64,000 bases of DNA from Tubulanus polymorphus (Eukaryota; Animalia; Nemertea), in assembly GCF_964204645.1 (NCBI RefSeq), contig NC_134035.1, positions 3,658,001 through 3,722,000 of the forward strand, in the 5' to 3' direction. The notes beneath the pieces are model-generated. The model was given only the letters and a program-made list of their open reading frames with translations, did no database searches and had not been told where the DNA came from. Position 1 is the stretch's first letter, and every line of letters begins with the position of its first letter. Position numbers and translations under genes: made by a program. Below are positions 53,601 to 64,000 of the stretch, piece by piece.

Positions 53601-56600
53601 TTATTACCCATAGCCTATATATGTAACTGTGTATCAGTCATCTCTTCCTGGAGAGAAGTGATATTGGTATCATTACCCATAGCCTATATATGTAACTGTG
53701 TATCAGTCATCTCTCCCTGGAGAGAAGTGATATTGGTATTATTACCCCTAGCCTATATCTGTTACTGTTTATCAGTCATCTCTTCCTGGAGAGAAGTGAT
53801 ATATTGGTATCATTACCCCTAGCCTATATCTGTAACTGTGTATCAGTAATCTCTCCCTGGAGAGAAGTGATATTGGAATTATCACCCCTAGCCTATATCT
53901 GTAACTGTGTGTCACTCATCTCTTGCTGGAGAGAAGTGATATTGGTATCATTACCTCTAGCCTTTATCTGTAACCGTGTATCAGTCATCTCTCCCTGGAG
54001 AGAAGTGATATTGGTATTATTACCCCTAGCCTATATCTGTAACTGTGTATTAGTCATCTCTCCGAAGTGATATTGGTATTATCACCCCTAGCCTATATCT
54101 GTAACTGTATATCAGTCATCTCTCCCTGGAGAGAAGTGATATTGGTATTATTACCCCTAGCCTATATCTGTAACTGTTTATCAGTCATCTCTTCCTGGAG
54201 AGAAGCGATATTGGTATCATTACCCCTAGCCTATATCTGTTACTGTGTATCAGTCATCTCTACCTGGAGAGAGGTTATATTGGTATTATTACCACTAGCC
54301 TATATCTGTAACTGTGTATCAGTCATCTCTACCTAGAGAGAAGTGAGATTGGTATTATCACCCCTAACCTATATCTGCAACTGTGTATCGGTCATCTCTA
54401 CCTGGAGAGAAGTGATATTGGTATTATCACCCCTTACCTATATCTGCAACTGTGTATCGGTCATCTCTACCTGGAGAGAAGTGATATTGGTATTATTACC
54501 CCTAACCTATATCTGCAACTGTGTATCGGTCATCTCTCCCTGCTGAGAAGTGACATTGGTATTATTACCCCTAGACTATATCTGTTACTGTTTATCATTG
54601 CTACCATCTTTCAATAGAGATAAAAAGTAATTAGCGATAGCATTAATGCACCCCAATGTGGTGTAGATGCAATGAAAGGGTTAAACGGGATTTATTACTG
54701 AAGATACTGAATACTTTTGTTTCCAGGCCGGATGTGTTCATTTCCCCCAAGCTCAATGTGACGTGCGCATATTGATGCTGCTTTACAGCAATAAGAAAAG
54801 TCAGTTCATCGGCGTCGTGCCGAACGACCAGGAACGCTTCGTACAGGGCATGAGAAACGTCATCACTAATCATAAAAACGCACAGCAACAGAAAAATCAA
54901 CAACAACAAAAGGTACGTCTAGCCAGAAACATGTTATGAGGTATCCCATACTTCCAGGTCAAAACCTTTTATGTCCCTTGGGATTTTATAAATAGATATG
55001 AATTAATACTTCATGACAGCCATCAAATAGCCTTTTAGAACACCATAATTTCAACATTCAGCGCTCGCCACATTAGGGTGCCCTTCGTATTTATTTGTTT
55101 CCTTTGTGATTACTTATGTGCCCTTCAGTACCCTGGTCCCCCACCTTCCAAAAATCTTGGCTCCACCCTTGCAGGTCTTTGAAAGTTAGAGAATTTCAGC
55201 TATTTTCGCCCGAATAACTGAAATCACAGAATTTTTGGTGTAATGATATTGTCATATTTTCTGGTCTTGATTGAGTATCTTTCTCTTGGCTATGACTATC
55301 TTCTGGCACGAGTTGAACTTTCCTAGACATCTAGGGCCAGTTGCTCAAAAGTTGGTTAAAGATAACCAGCGGATAAATACCATAGTAACAATGAACTCTT
55401 AATTGTCACTATGTCAACTATCCACTGCTTAACTGTAACCATTTTTTGAGCAATTGGCCCCAGGGATGTCGTGGAATTCGGAAGAAAGGTCATGGAAATC
55501 AGTCAGCGCAGGAGTTTTATTGTGTTTGTATTTCTTTATAGATGATGCAAATGAATCAACAACCGGGACAACAACAACAACAACAAGGGAACGCGCAATT
55601 TACTCAACAACAAGGCGGAATCCCACAACAGAATCAGGTGCGTAATAGCGTCAGCTCTTACACTAACCCTTTGCAAATCCATCATGTAGACGGGTTTTAT
55701 CATAGACATCAGTAACAAAAATAACAGAAAAATGTATTTCTATAAACCTGGGGCTAGTTGCCGAAAAGTGGGTTATAGTTAACCAGTAGATAGTTGACAA
55801 TGTTACAATTGAAATTGCTTCGTTACTACGGAATTTACCCGCCGATTATCTTTAAGCAACTTTTGAGCACCTGACCTCTGGCAATTAAAATGTACAAAAA
55901 GAAACCCAAAGGAGGTATACAGTAGTAAAGTCCTTAATAACTGTTGGAAACAATGTAAGACATGGTGTTATAAAAGATTTGGCAGCATTATGAGAAATAA
56001 TACTTTCTGGCGGACTGATATTATTCTCAGTTTACAGTTTAACTACTGCTGATGATGGGGTTTAGAAGAAACCTCAAAACTGTCACATAACAAAACTTAT
56101 CAACATCTACTGTTTTTACTTGTTAATAGTATTTCCATTGAATTTGAGTTACATCAAGCAATATTGTTCCCTGGCGTTAAACATTGGCGTTAAGTGAGCG
56201 GTGGCATTTAAAAGGATGCCAGCGTTATGACGGACTTTGCTTAAATGCCTAATTCCTTTGAAGAAACATCTATAGATAATGAAATTCATGTTATTCTATT
56301 CGCAGCTGCCTAATGCCCCGAATATGGGCGCAACTAACGTTCCGCCGAATATGGTGAATCAACAGGCGCAACAGGTAAGCGAGCATCTTCAACTGACGTA
56401 TTGATATAACTATTTTCGATCGACGATTGTGATTGCATTGATACGTACGTAGCTCATTTGGAGCAAGCTTCTTCGATGATATGAATTCCCACACACTAGG
56501 AATAAGCGAAGAGTCTGAAATGTTTGCTTGAGCTGATTATAATTTGAAGTTTCGACTGAATCCTGATGAACCGGGCTTCGCTTGCCTTGACATCAGGGAA

Positions 56601-59600
56601 TAGTCGGGGAATTTTGTAAAAAAAAAAAAAGGTTAAAAATCAGTCCACCCTGATAAATAGTCATCCTCAGGAACACTGATGTTACCTTGGGCTAGTAGTA
56701 CATTCTATATTTCGTCTATATCTTATTATTCATCTTCAGAAGTGCTAGTGTTAAAACAAGATTATGAGATACAAACGCAATTCAAAGCATACTTTAACAA
56801 GTTTAAGCAGAGCAAACTACGTAGGGGTTACTTTCGGAAATAGTCATGACGTTGGATTAGCTACTAGCTCAAGGAAACATTCCAGACTCGGTGGGATTTT
56901 GTATTATCATTTCGACACGGACTCGGAGTGTTTTATCAATGGTTACAGATCTGCTTTCACTTCACACCGCCGCTTGTATTACACGATAACCATAACTTGT
57001 CACTGATCGAGTGAGAGGGGCGTCATCCATTCATAGACATACCGTCAAAAATACGTAAAGAGGATGTATTTTTGGTACCGTCTATAGCTAGGAGGGGCAT
57101 GCAAATTCTAACACAGCGTATCATAGACGTGTTGCCAGTGCAGGAGACTTGCCATACGTAACAACCGGACCCGGTTGCATAGTTATGGCTTGGACTTTTA
57201 AGACCAGCTTAGTTCTATAGCCAATCTAACAACTAAAGATCAATCTTAAGGTTTAGGACCACTTTTGGACTTTAGCCACGACTTTGCAACTGACCCAAGA
57301 TGATTATCTGGAGCTGGTTTTACAGACGCGTAGTACCTTTAACCCGAGGGCTAACTCAATTCATTTTCAATTGCGTTAGCCCCAGGGTTAAAGGTAATAC
57401 CGGTCTATGAAACGGAACCCCGGGGATTTACAAACTTCGATGGTCCGTTTAATCAAAGCTAAATGCCATTGTTTTTTGCGAGTTTAATAGTTGACAAACC
57501 AATAAATTCGCTTCAGTTTTTACCGTAGAATATTCCGATCATAACTCCAAGTATAGCAACTCGTCAAGCTTCAGTTCAAAGAGTTTCGCATTTATTTCGA
57601 CTAGTATGTAGCCCGGTTGGTAAACTCGTCGCAACTCAGCGGCTTCATGAAACGAGAAACATTCTTCCGATTGTCCGTATGGAGATCGTCCGGAGTGTAT
57701 GATAGGGGAGCGAACTAGCAAAATCTGTTTCTTGTTTCGATGTTGTTCTCGCTGGGCACGCGCGAGCTAGCCTTAACGTCTGGAGATGCCTGCCCCTCCT
57801 CGATGGATGACCCCCCTCGTCTCTCGCGATTATAACATATTTCTGCTCGCCGCAAATGATCACGTTCTATTCAACAGGATCTAGTCGACTGGTCTCTCGA
57901 TGAACAGGTTTGTTGCGTTCTCGTCGATATGAATATTATATTAATTAACCGTTTCAATGTTGGTTCTTTGTTTTTTTTTCTTTGATTTTTGTATTTTCCA
58001 TATTTCATGTACTCGTGTAAAACGTATGGTTAGGGAGGGGCCTGTTTGTAAAGTACAATATGCGCAATTTCTATAATAAGCATTCTGGAGGCCTACATTG
58101 AGAGAAGTAGCCAATTTTGATAACCAGGCTGCTAATTCAAGGATTATCTAAACGGGGAGAAGTAGCCAATTTTTCAAGGTCCTATACTTCTGGGCTGATT
58201 TTCAGTTTTCTTCTTTGAAAATGGGTTTAAGTAGAATTGATAAAGTTCTTGATAGATTCTAGGATTTTTCGATGTTTTAATAACTTTTCGGTCCCAGCAT
58301 TCTAACCTCTACAGGAAGATGTGGCCCGTCTAAAACAATCCTCCCACCTTTCCTCCATTTATATGTAAATATACTTTATGAATGGCTCCTTATGTTTTGT
58401 ATATGATTACGCATATTTTTCGTTGATTATTGAATTTTTTGTATTGTTCGTGTCTATCAAATGTTTTCCGACTTGATCTTCCACTCTTAACCATAGCAGT
58501 GTCATCATCGTCAACGCGACCTGACGCGACATGTAGCTGAGATTACGTAGGCGTAGATTAAACTGATCCGAATAAAGCAAGTTTGTTTGTAGTTGTCGTT
58601 GAAGGATTAACTGAATTTGGATTCTTCTACAACAGTTACATCTTGTAGATTCTAGTTAACGGTAGACTTCTTCTCTAACTCTGAATGAATTCATGACATA
58701 CCAGCGCATCCAAAAAGCCTTTATGATGTCCAAAAAGCAATATAAGGCACACTACCGCATTGAGATGCACCACTTTTCCTTGCTGACAAAATGGAATAAG
58801 GGCACTCAAGAAAAAATTTGTTGGACTTGCACAAGTCTCACAAGGCTCCCCCTGGATCCGCGCATGAATTCGATGTTAAAAGGACGAGTCTACCGTTTAC
58901 GCTTTGCTTGGGGTTTGCTTTAATCTAGAAGAACCCAGCGATGTTTACGATAAATGTTCTCCCCAAACGTCCTCCCAGGATGTTATATAAAACTGTGTTA
59001 TCCAAATATTGTTCGTTCAGTGTTCATCCTAACAATATTGACTCCTTCCTTCCTTTAAGGCTGAAAAATGATACCTTCTTTCTCCTAATCGGCTTGGTCA
59101 TTTTGTAGACTGCAGTAAAATTTGTCATCAGTTCATTTCTATAACTGCCAGGTCTTAGCTTGTTCGTAATTTTGAGAAAAAGTAATGTACAAGGTAGATA
59201 GGCGGCTGCGGCAACTTAATAAGCTCGGCAGAAAAGAGAAACAAGGTATCAAATGTTTTTAGTCTCAATGATAAAGCATTTTCTTCAAAGGATGAACACA
59301 ATCTGAAACAAGACGTCTTAATGTATTCATCAGTTTCCATCAAAGTTTCAATTCAATTGAAGAATGTAAGCCACAACAAGATAGAACTATTAGAGCATTT
59401 TGACCTTTTGAAGTGCAATGAGCCATCTTCAAATTTCGTTGGTATTCTTTCTGTTTCTGAAAACGGCTCATAGCATTCGAGTTGAAATGTCAAGATCTTC
59501 TTACAGTTTTTCTTTGATTGAGGGTTTTAGTCTTAGTAGAATTTATATGTGTATATTTACGGCGGAACTTCGTTTCTACGATCTTCACGCAATTGCTCGG

Positions 59601-62600
59601 CAAAATCTGCTGCTCCTTATTGTCAATAGTTCATCATGAAATTGTATAATAATACAATATGAAATTTCTCATCCAATTCAAAAGTCATGTTCGGTCTGTT
59701 GTGTTAAGATAGTGTTACAGGGTGGCACCACTACCTACCTGGAAAAACTAAAAAACCTCATGAGAATCAGAAAATAATGAGAAAAACTCTTACAAAGACA
59801 ACTTCGAAAACCTAAAGAATCATGAAATTTGGATAATACTATTGACTAAGAGTAATCGGTACATGATTCGAAGAAAAATGAATGAATTGTTACATTTTAA
59901 CCTAGAAATTCACGCGGGGAATTTCGTACTTGGGGATGAATTTGGCAATTTTGAATTCCTAAATCTGCAGGGGCCATGTCCTTGAAATGTCAGACCTGTA
60001 GCGTCCTGAATCCGGTTCCACAGTCGTGAGTTACGATTTGACTCTGAGTTAAAACATTGAAAACGAACTGATTTTAACGCAGAGTTAACTCTAACTCACA
60101 ACTGTGGAACTGGGTCCTGGGATTTAACGTAAACGAGGTTGCGCCATTGATCGAATGTTTAAACGTCGATGAAATGCATGCGTCGTTTCTCTCACATTTT
60201 GCAGGATATCGTGAACTGGACGCAGACAATCGACGGCAAGGTTTGTTTTTCGTGTCAGTTTTTAGACGGCGACGTCGCGTAAATATCGGCAGCGGAGTCT
60301 GCAGTTTCACTCGAGAACATAGATCATAGATCATCGATTAAACTAGTTGAATAATTCTAATTCGTACCACCCAAATCGATTGGACTCTTGAGCCGAACCT
60401 ACAATCTGACTTGAATCTACCGTCGATTAGGTTTAGGTGAAACTGGAGACTAGAAGATTCCTCTGTTTTTATTGAGGCTGGAAGAAAAATCGATACCTTG
60501 TTTCTCATTTCTGCTGAGCTTAGAAGTTGACGCGGCGGTCGCCTTCCCTCCTGTTCATAACTTTTAATCAAGTTAACTATAACAGACCAGCAGCTATAGA
60601 ATTAAGCTGATTACAAATTTTATTGCAGTTTACTAAATGACCTGCCCTATTAGGAGAAACAAGGTATCATTCTTTTAGTCCAATGCCGCATGCAGGAACT
60701 TCTGTGCAAGATTTTGCGCATTGACCAACTTTCTCATTAGAAGTAATTAAATAATTCGATATTTTTTTCATTCCAGTTATTTTTTCCTGTGCTGTCCTCT
60801 CGACCCTTGTACAGTTTTTTATACGACTCTTTAACTACTACAGTTTTTCTCTTGCTGTTGATTTTTTTTTTCGTGATTCGTTTAGAAAATTCCCTCGCGT
60901 TATTTTCTCTTGCTGATTACCTTAGAAAACCACTTCCGTATTTTTGTGTATAGCGTGTCCATTCAGAAATGTACGTCGCGGCGAAATTCCTCAAGTTCTC
61001 GGAAGCCGGTTTTATAGACTGGGCATCATTCGGTTGCAGGTGATCCTTGAGTAATTTGGTTTGAATTTGGTTCTCATACTTTAAGGGCCGGTTTTATAGA
61101 CGGGTATTACCTTAAACGCTGGGGCTAATTCGATTGAAAATGCATTGAGTTAGCCCCGGGGTTAAAGGCAATACCAGTCTATAAAACCAGCCCTAGAAAA
61201 TTAAGACCAGTTTTTAGATTAGAGGCCACTACTCGACTTAATCTGTCAATGCGTTACCAGGACTAAGCTTCCCGGTCAAATGCTTCAGATTCAAGACCAG
61301 TCTAAAACTTAAGACCAATCATCTGTTTTAGTGTTTTAGTCGCAATCGACTATACACCAACGCCTTGAAAGTTAGCTTTGTAAATGTGGTCAAATCATCT
61401 TGAATTAATCATCATCTTTAATCGTTATAAGCCCAGTCAATGAAACCGGCTTGAAGGGCAGCAGTAGACAGTAGACCCTGCTTGACCATTAGATTCAGTT
61501 TCAGCCGACTCTGGGACCGTCGGAGCGTCGATTTGTCGATTTTGGAGCGGGGAATGTTTTGTCGCGATGATCGCGAGTCAATCGACGTAGCAAGCGTTGA
61601 GTCTACTGTTGTTGATATTGAAGAGAATTTCTGATTCGATCCAGCTGTACGGATGCGAAAAGACTTTGTTTTGGATGCGTTAATTGTCGGGTTTTTGTTT
61701 TTAGATCAATTCCTTGAACAGCGGTCAACTGCCGCCTCAGAATAGCGCCGGTATCGTGTCGATGGACGATCAGGTATAACAACGCAAGCTAAACAAATCA
61801 TTTCATTTTAGTTCTTTTTCAATCGTTATGTATTCATTTAATAGCTTTAGCTTCATCTGCCTTATTCGCTAGCATTGGGACTGCTGTGAATATCTCACCG
61901 AGTTGAGAATCAGGGAACTCAGTAGCGTTGCGACTGCCGTGAATATTTTACCGATTTTAGAATCGGGGAAATAGAAGGTTTTGCAATTTAATTCTGGTAA
62001 ATTTCGTCGCACTTTGAGAGGAGTTTCACAATGAGACGACCGGTACCGAGTTTGGAGGAGCAGTATTGTAATTTCGCTTGGCTTGCCGTTCGATCTTCAG
62101 TTATATTTATTTCATTTTCGCTCTCGTATTTATGTATGTTATATTCTTTTTTCTTGTTTTTAGTTTATTATACATGCAGTAAACTCAGCTTTATCCAGTT
62201 GCGTTCGAAATGGAAATATTTCACCCTGAGTTGTGAAACAGGACCTGAATCCACAGTTTACGATTGAAGATTGACTCAATGAATACAAGGGCAGATCCAG
62301 GGGGTCGTGTGAGACAAGAAAGTGCCCTTTTGGGATGTGACGAGTTCAAAATTGGTCTCTGGATTTCCTCTATGTAATACGAATTTGGATCTATTATGAA
62401 TGTCATTTATGGTCGACCTACAAATGAATTTGTGTACATGTACATCAAAGTGCCATTTTGGGATGTGGCAAGTTCCTCAAAACTGGCCCCTCAGTCGGGA
62501 GTTCACGTGATATTGCCTTTTTGGACAACTACATGCCATTTTGGGATGTGACAAGTCCTTCAAAATTGGCTTCTGGATCCGCCCCTGGTAGTGAACTGCT

Positions 62601-63637
62601 GGTAATTAGAAATGAATTGATTGAATTGAATCAAACTTCGTCGGCAACCGTGGATTTTGCAGATTTTTTTTCTCTAATTTGGCTTTTCATTCATCTAATG
62701 AATCAGATTAATACATCGCTTTCAATATAATTCTGTTTGTCTGGTAGATAGTCGTACGGAATTGATGTCTTCATTTTAGCACATGTCAATTTGAAATGAC
62801 CGATAAACCGTTAGGTTTTTATGACGAGGCTGTATTTGACGAGCAATTACGGACCGGCGGTCGATCGTGAAATATTCGCGTCAAATTTTTGAAATACGTT
62901 CTATCGTCTTTTTGTAGATGAAAATGGAAATGTTGAAGCAACAAAAAGAAAGGCAACACATGGAAGCGGCCAGACAGCAACAGATGCTCGGTATGTGATA
63001 GTTAAAAGGCTTTTATGATCTCTATATGCAGGCTGGCCAATCGTGTGGAAAACCCAGGGCCCGGTCTTATAGACTGATTTTACCTTTAACCCGCGGGACT
63101 GACTCAATACATAATCAATTGAGATAGCCCCCGGGTTAAAGGTAATACCAGTCTATAAAACCGGGCCCAGGGAATCTGAAAAATCTAGAAAAATCAGGGA
63201 GAACTCGGGGAATTTGGATGTGTTATTGACCACGCGTTTCTTTATCAATAAGTGAATCTGATGCTAACATTCTAGACCTAGAGTTTTCTATGATTTACTC
63301 ACATTACTTACTTACTTACTGGAAAATCAGGGAAAACTCTGGGAATTTGTTAATTAGTGGAAAGTGGCCACCCTGCCTGATGAAACATGGAAAATTAAAC
63401 CTGGGCTTTGCGGAATCATTCGGACTAAAGAACGAAGAGAAGTACTGACGATATTATAATACATATTTCGTATTTTCATAATTTCTAGCGCGACAACAAA
63501 TGATGCAGCAACAACAGAGAATGCAGTTTCCGCCGCAACAACAACAGCAGCAGCAGCAGCAGCAACAACAACCACAGCAACAACAACAACAGCAACAGCC
63601 TCATTCGGCTCAACAGTTACGCCATATGCTGCAAGCA
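35458..63637 (+). CDS. MED25: Mediator of RNA polymerase II transcription subunit 25, multi-exon, 3'-incomplete (gene-level span)
   Basis: 18 GT-AG exons splice in frame. They encode the VWA domain ([47 protein letters not shown]), a Q/M/G-rich linker, the ACID/PTOV domain ([41 protein letters not shown]) and a Q-rich tail. No stop codon is reached within the window. Confidence 0.95.
36253..36298 (+). CDS. MED25: MED25 coding exon 2
   Basis: [15 protein letters not shown]; AG/GT flanks, frame consistent. Confidence 0.9.
37749..37873 (+). CDS. MED25: MED25 coding exon 3
   Basis: [41 protein letters not shown]; AG/GT flanks. Confidence 0.9.
37946..38044 (+). CDS. MED25: MED25 coding exon 4
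   Basis: [32 protein letters not shown]; donor GTAAGT. Confidence 0.92.
38053..42154. repeat. 69-bp satellite array 1 (~59 copies) in the MED25 intron after coding exon 4
   Basis: Unit TATCAGTCATCTCT(A/C)CCTGGAGAGAAGTGATATTGGTATTATTACCCCTAGCCTATATCTGTAACTGTG. Confidence 0.97.
42345..42465 (+). CDS. MED25: MED25 coding exon 5
   Basis: [40 protein letters not shown]. Confidence 0.92.
43061..43214 (+). CDS. MED25: MED25 coding exon 6 (end of VWA domain)
   Basis: [23 protein letters not shown]...[14 protein letters not shown]. Confidence 0.92.
43242..43586. mobile_element. Kolobok-like non-autonomous DNA transposon
   Basis: TTAA|AGGGCAAATGCCATCAAAA...TTTTGATGGCATTTGCCCT|TTAA: perfect TIRs and a TTAA TSD. 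Confidence 0.8.
44167..44250 (+). CDS. MED25: MED25 coding exon 7
   Basis: [28 protein letters not shown]; TTACAG acceptor, GTGAGT donor, phase 1/1. Confidence 0.8.
44933..45058 (+). CDS. MED25: MED25 coding exon 8
   Basis: [41 protein letters not shown]; phase 1/1. Confidence 0.75.
45323..45393 (+). CDS. MED25: MED25 coding exon 9
   Basis: [23 protein letters not shown]; phase 1/0. Confidence 0.75.
45920..46129 (+). CDS. MED25: MED25 coding exon 10
   Basis: [29 protein letters not shown]... followed by polyQ; 210 nt, phase 0/0. Confidence 0.8.
46284..47083 (+). mobile_element. Internally deleted Tc1/mariner element
   Basis: TA|CAGGGTGTCTCA...TGAGACACCCTG|TA with long imperfect TIRs; an internal remnant (TPCDF...GNVK) resembles the SPDLTPCDFFLWG transposase motif. 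Confidence 0.8.
47301..48410. mobile_element. hAT-like non-autonomous element with a 5-bp TSD (TTGTA), carrying a nested MITE
   Basis: TTGTA|CAGGGTTC...GAACCCTG|TTGTA; subterminal GCTTGAAA repeats at both ends. Confidence 0.7.
47651..48126. mobile_element. Nested MITE with AGGCCATCC TIRs
   Basis: AGGCCATCCAAAAATAAAGGTCTGTTTGCCGTCACCCGAC versus GTAGGTGTAACGGCAAAACAGACAATTAATTTGGGATGGCCT. Confidence 0.75.
48478..49028 (+). CDS. MED25: MED25 coding exon 11 (Q/M/G-rich region and start of ACID domain)
   Basis: GNVMQQQ...[15 protein letters not shown]...[11 protein letters not shown]; donor GTAAGC. Confidence 0.92.
49351..49513 (+). CDS. MED25: MED25 coding exon 12 (ACID domain)
   Basis: [36 protein letters not shown]...RVMSNGF; donor GTAAGT. 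Confidence 0.92.
49598..54597. repeat. 69-bp satellite array 2 (~72 copies) in the MED25 intron after coding exon 12
   Basis: Same unit and orientation as array 1; contains 345-bp (5-mer) higher-order blocks. Confidence 0.97.
54727..54912 (+). CDS. MED25: MED25 coding exon 13 (end of ACID domain)
   Basis: [50 protein letters not shown]. Confidence 0.93.
55334..55460. mobile_element. GGGCCAGTTG-terminated MITE (other copies at ~45480-45600, ~55750-55878, ~63656-63732)
   Basis: TIR GGGCCAGTTGCTCAAAA / TTTTGAGCAATTGGCCC; shared internal CCATAGTAACAATGA and GTCAACTATCC. Confidence 0.75.
55542..55637 (+). CDS. MED25: MED25 coding exon 14
   Basis: [32 protein letters not shown]; phase 0/0. Confidence 0.8.
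56306..56374 (+). CDS. MED25: MED25 coding exon 15
   Basis: [23 protein letters not shown]; CGCAG acceptor, GTAAGC donor. Confidence 0.78.
61705..61773 (+). CDS. MED25: MED25 coding exon 16
   Basis: [23 protein letters not shown]; polypyrimidine-TAG acceptor, CAG|GTATAA donor. Confidence 0.65.
62287..62587. mobile_element. hAT-like non-autonomous element
   Basis: CAAGGGCAGATCCAG...CTGGATCCGCCCCTG termini with internal TGCC(C/A)TTTTGGGATGTG repeats. Confidence 0.55.
62918..62990 (+). CDS. MED25: MED25 coding exon 17
   Basis: [24 protein letters not shown]; phase 0/1. Confidence 0.75.
63057..63168. mobile_element. GGGCCCGG-terminated palindromic MITE (other copies at ~46140-46238, ~57310-57422, 61085-61193, 63965-64000)
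   Basis: GGGCCCGGTCTTATAGACTG...CAGTCTATAAAACCGGGCCC with internal TACCTTTAACCC / GGGTTAAAGGTA arms. Confidence 0.75.
63489..63637 (+). CDS. MED25: MED25 coding exon 18 (last exon visible)
   Basis: ARQQMMQQQ...[11 protein letters not shown] (LxxML, NR-box-like); donor GTAAGT at 63638. Confidence 0.8.
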
Positions 63638-64000
63638 GTAAGTTCACACTTCACAGGCCAGTTGCTCAAATGGACTTTAGATTGTCAACTATCCACTTGT
63701 TAACTTCAACCAACTTTTGAGCAACTGGATCCAGGGATTGAGAACGGATTCAAAACGGTTAATTATTAGTGGTTGTCTTCATTGAAAGCATTTTAGTTCA
63801 AACATTTGAGTTAGCCGTGAAGTTGGGCCCAGGAGTTTGAAGTAAACACTGAACAGTGCATAGTGGCTATTAATACATATTGATACCACCTACAGTTGCT
63901 GGTTTAGTTGAAGCTGTTTCAGTTAGAATCACAATGTCACAAGTCTTGTCACCAACAAACTCCAGGGGCCTGTTTTACAGATTGGTATTACCTTTAACAC

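Noticed and set aside
38379-54546. Many ORFs with a 23-aa period ([23 protein letters not shown])
   Set aside because: They are translations of the 69-bp intronic satellite, interrupted randomly by stops and frameshifts; the flanking MED25 exons splice in frame across them.
56046-56086. Second hammerhead-like motif CTGATGA-stem-AAAAC-TGTC
   Set aside because: The required GAAA is AAAA and stem I is poor; at most a dead remnant.
57529-57907. Possible extra MED25 exon with AG/GT flanks
   Set aside because: All three frames contain stops and there is no similarity to MED25. It could be a poison or terminal exon, but that cannot be supported without RNA data.
56306-61773. Two MED25 exons are each 69 nt, the same length as the satellite unit
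   Set aside because: No sequence similarity to the monomer; coincidence.

Overview
Intron-rich, repeat-rich animal (metazoan invertebrate-like) genomic DNA; the species cannot be determined from the sequence alone. Three protein-coding genes are well supported. (1) A spliced minus-strand gene (about 27849-29499) encodes a ~224-aa tRNA-dependent cyclodipeptide synthase (CDPS)-like protein of the AlbC/NYH type, in which the catalytic Ser position is Cys and the YxxxExP Tyr is Phe. This is the main finding. (2) Holocytochrome c-type synthase HCCS (31253-32137, +) has an intronless CDS and lies head-to-head with the CDPS-like gene. (3) Mediator subunit MED25 (+) has at least 18 coding exons from 35458 and runs off the right end; two of its introns hold 4-5 kb arrays of a 69-bp satellite that matches an internal segment of a tRNA-derived SINE also present in the window. 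The first ~27 kb is mostly non-coding and possibly holds 5' exons and introns of an unidentified minus-strand gene. It contains a Penelope-type minimal hammerhead motif in a foldback, two copies of a foldback element with outward-facing tRNA-like arms, a 42-bp tandem array, microsatellites and many MITEs. All calls were made by eye, without database searches.
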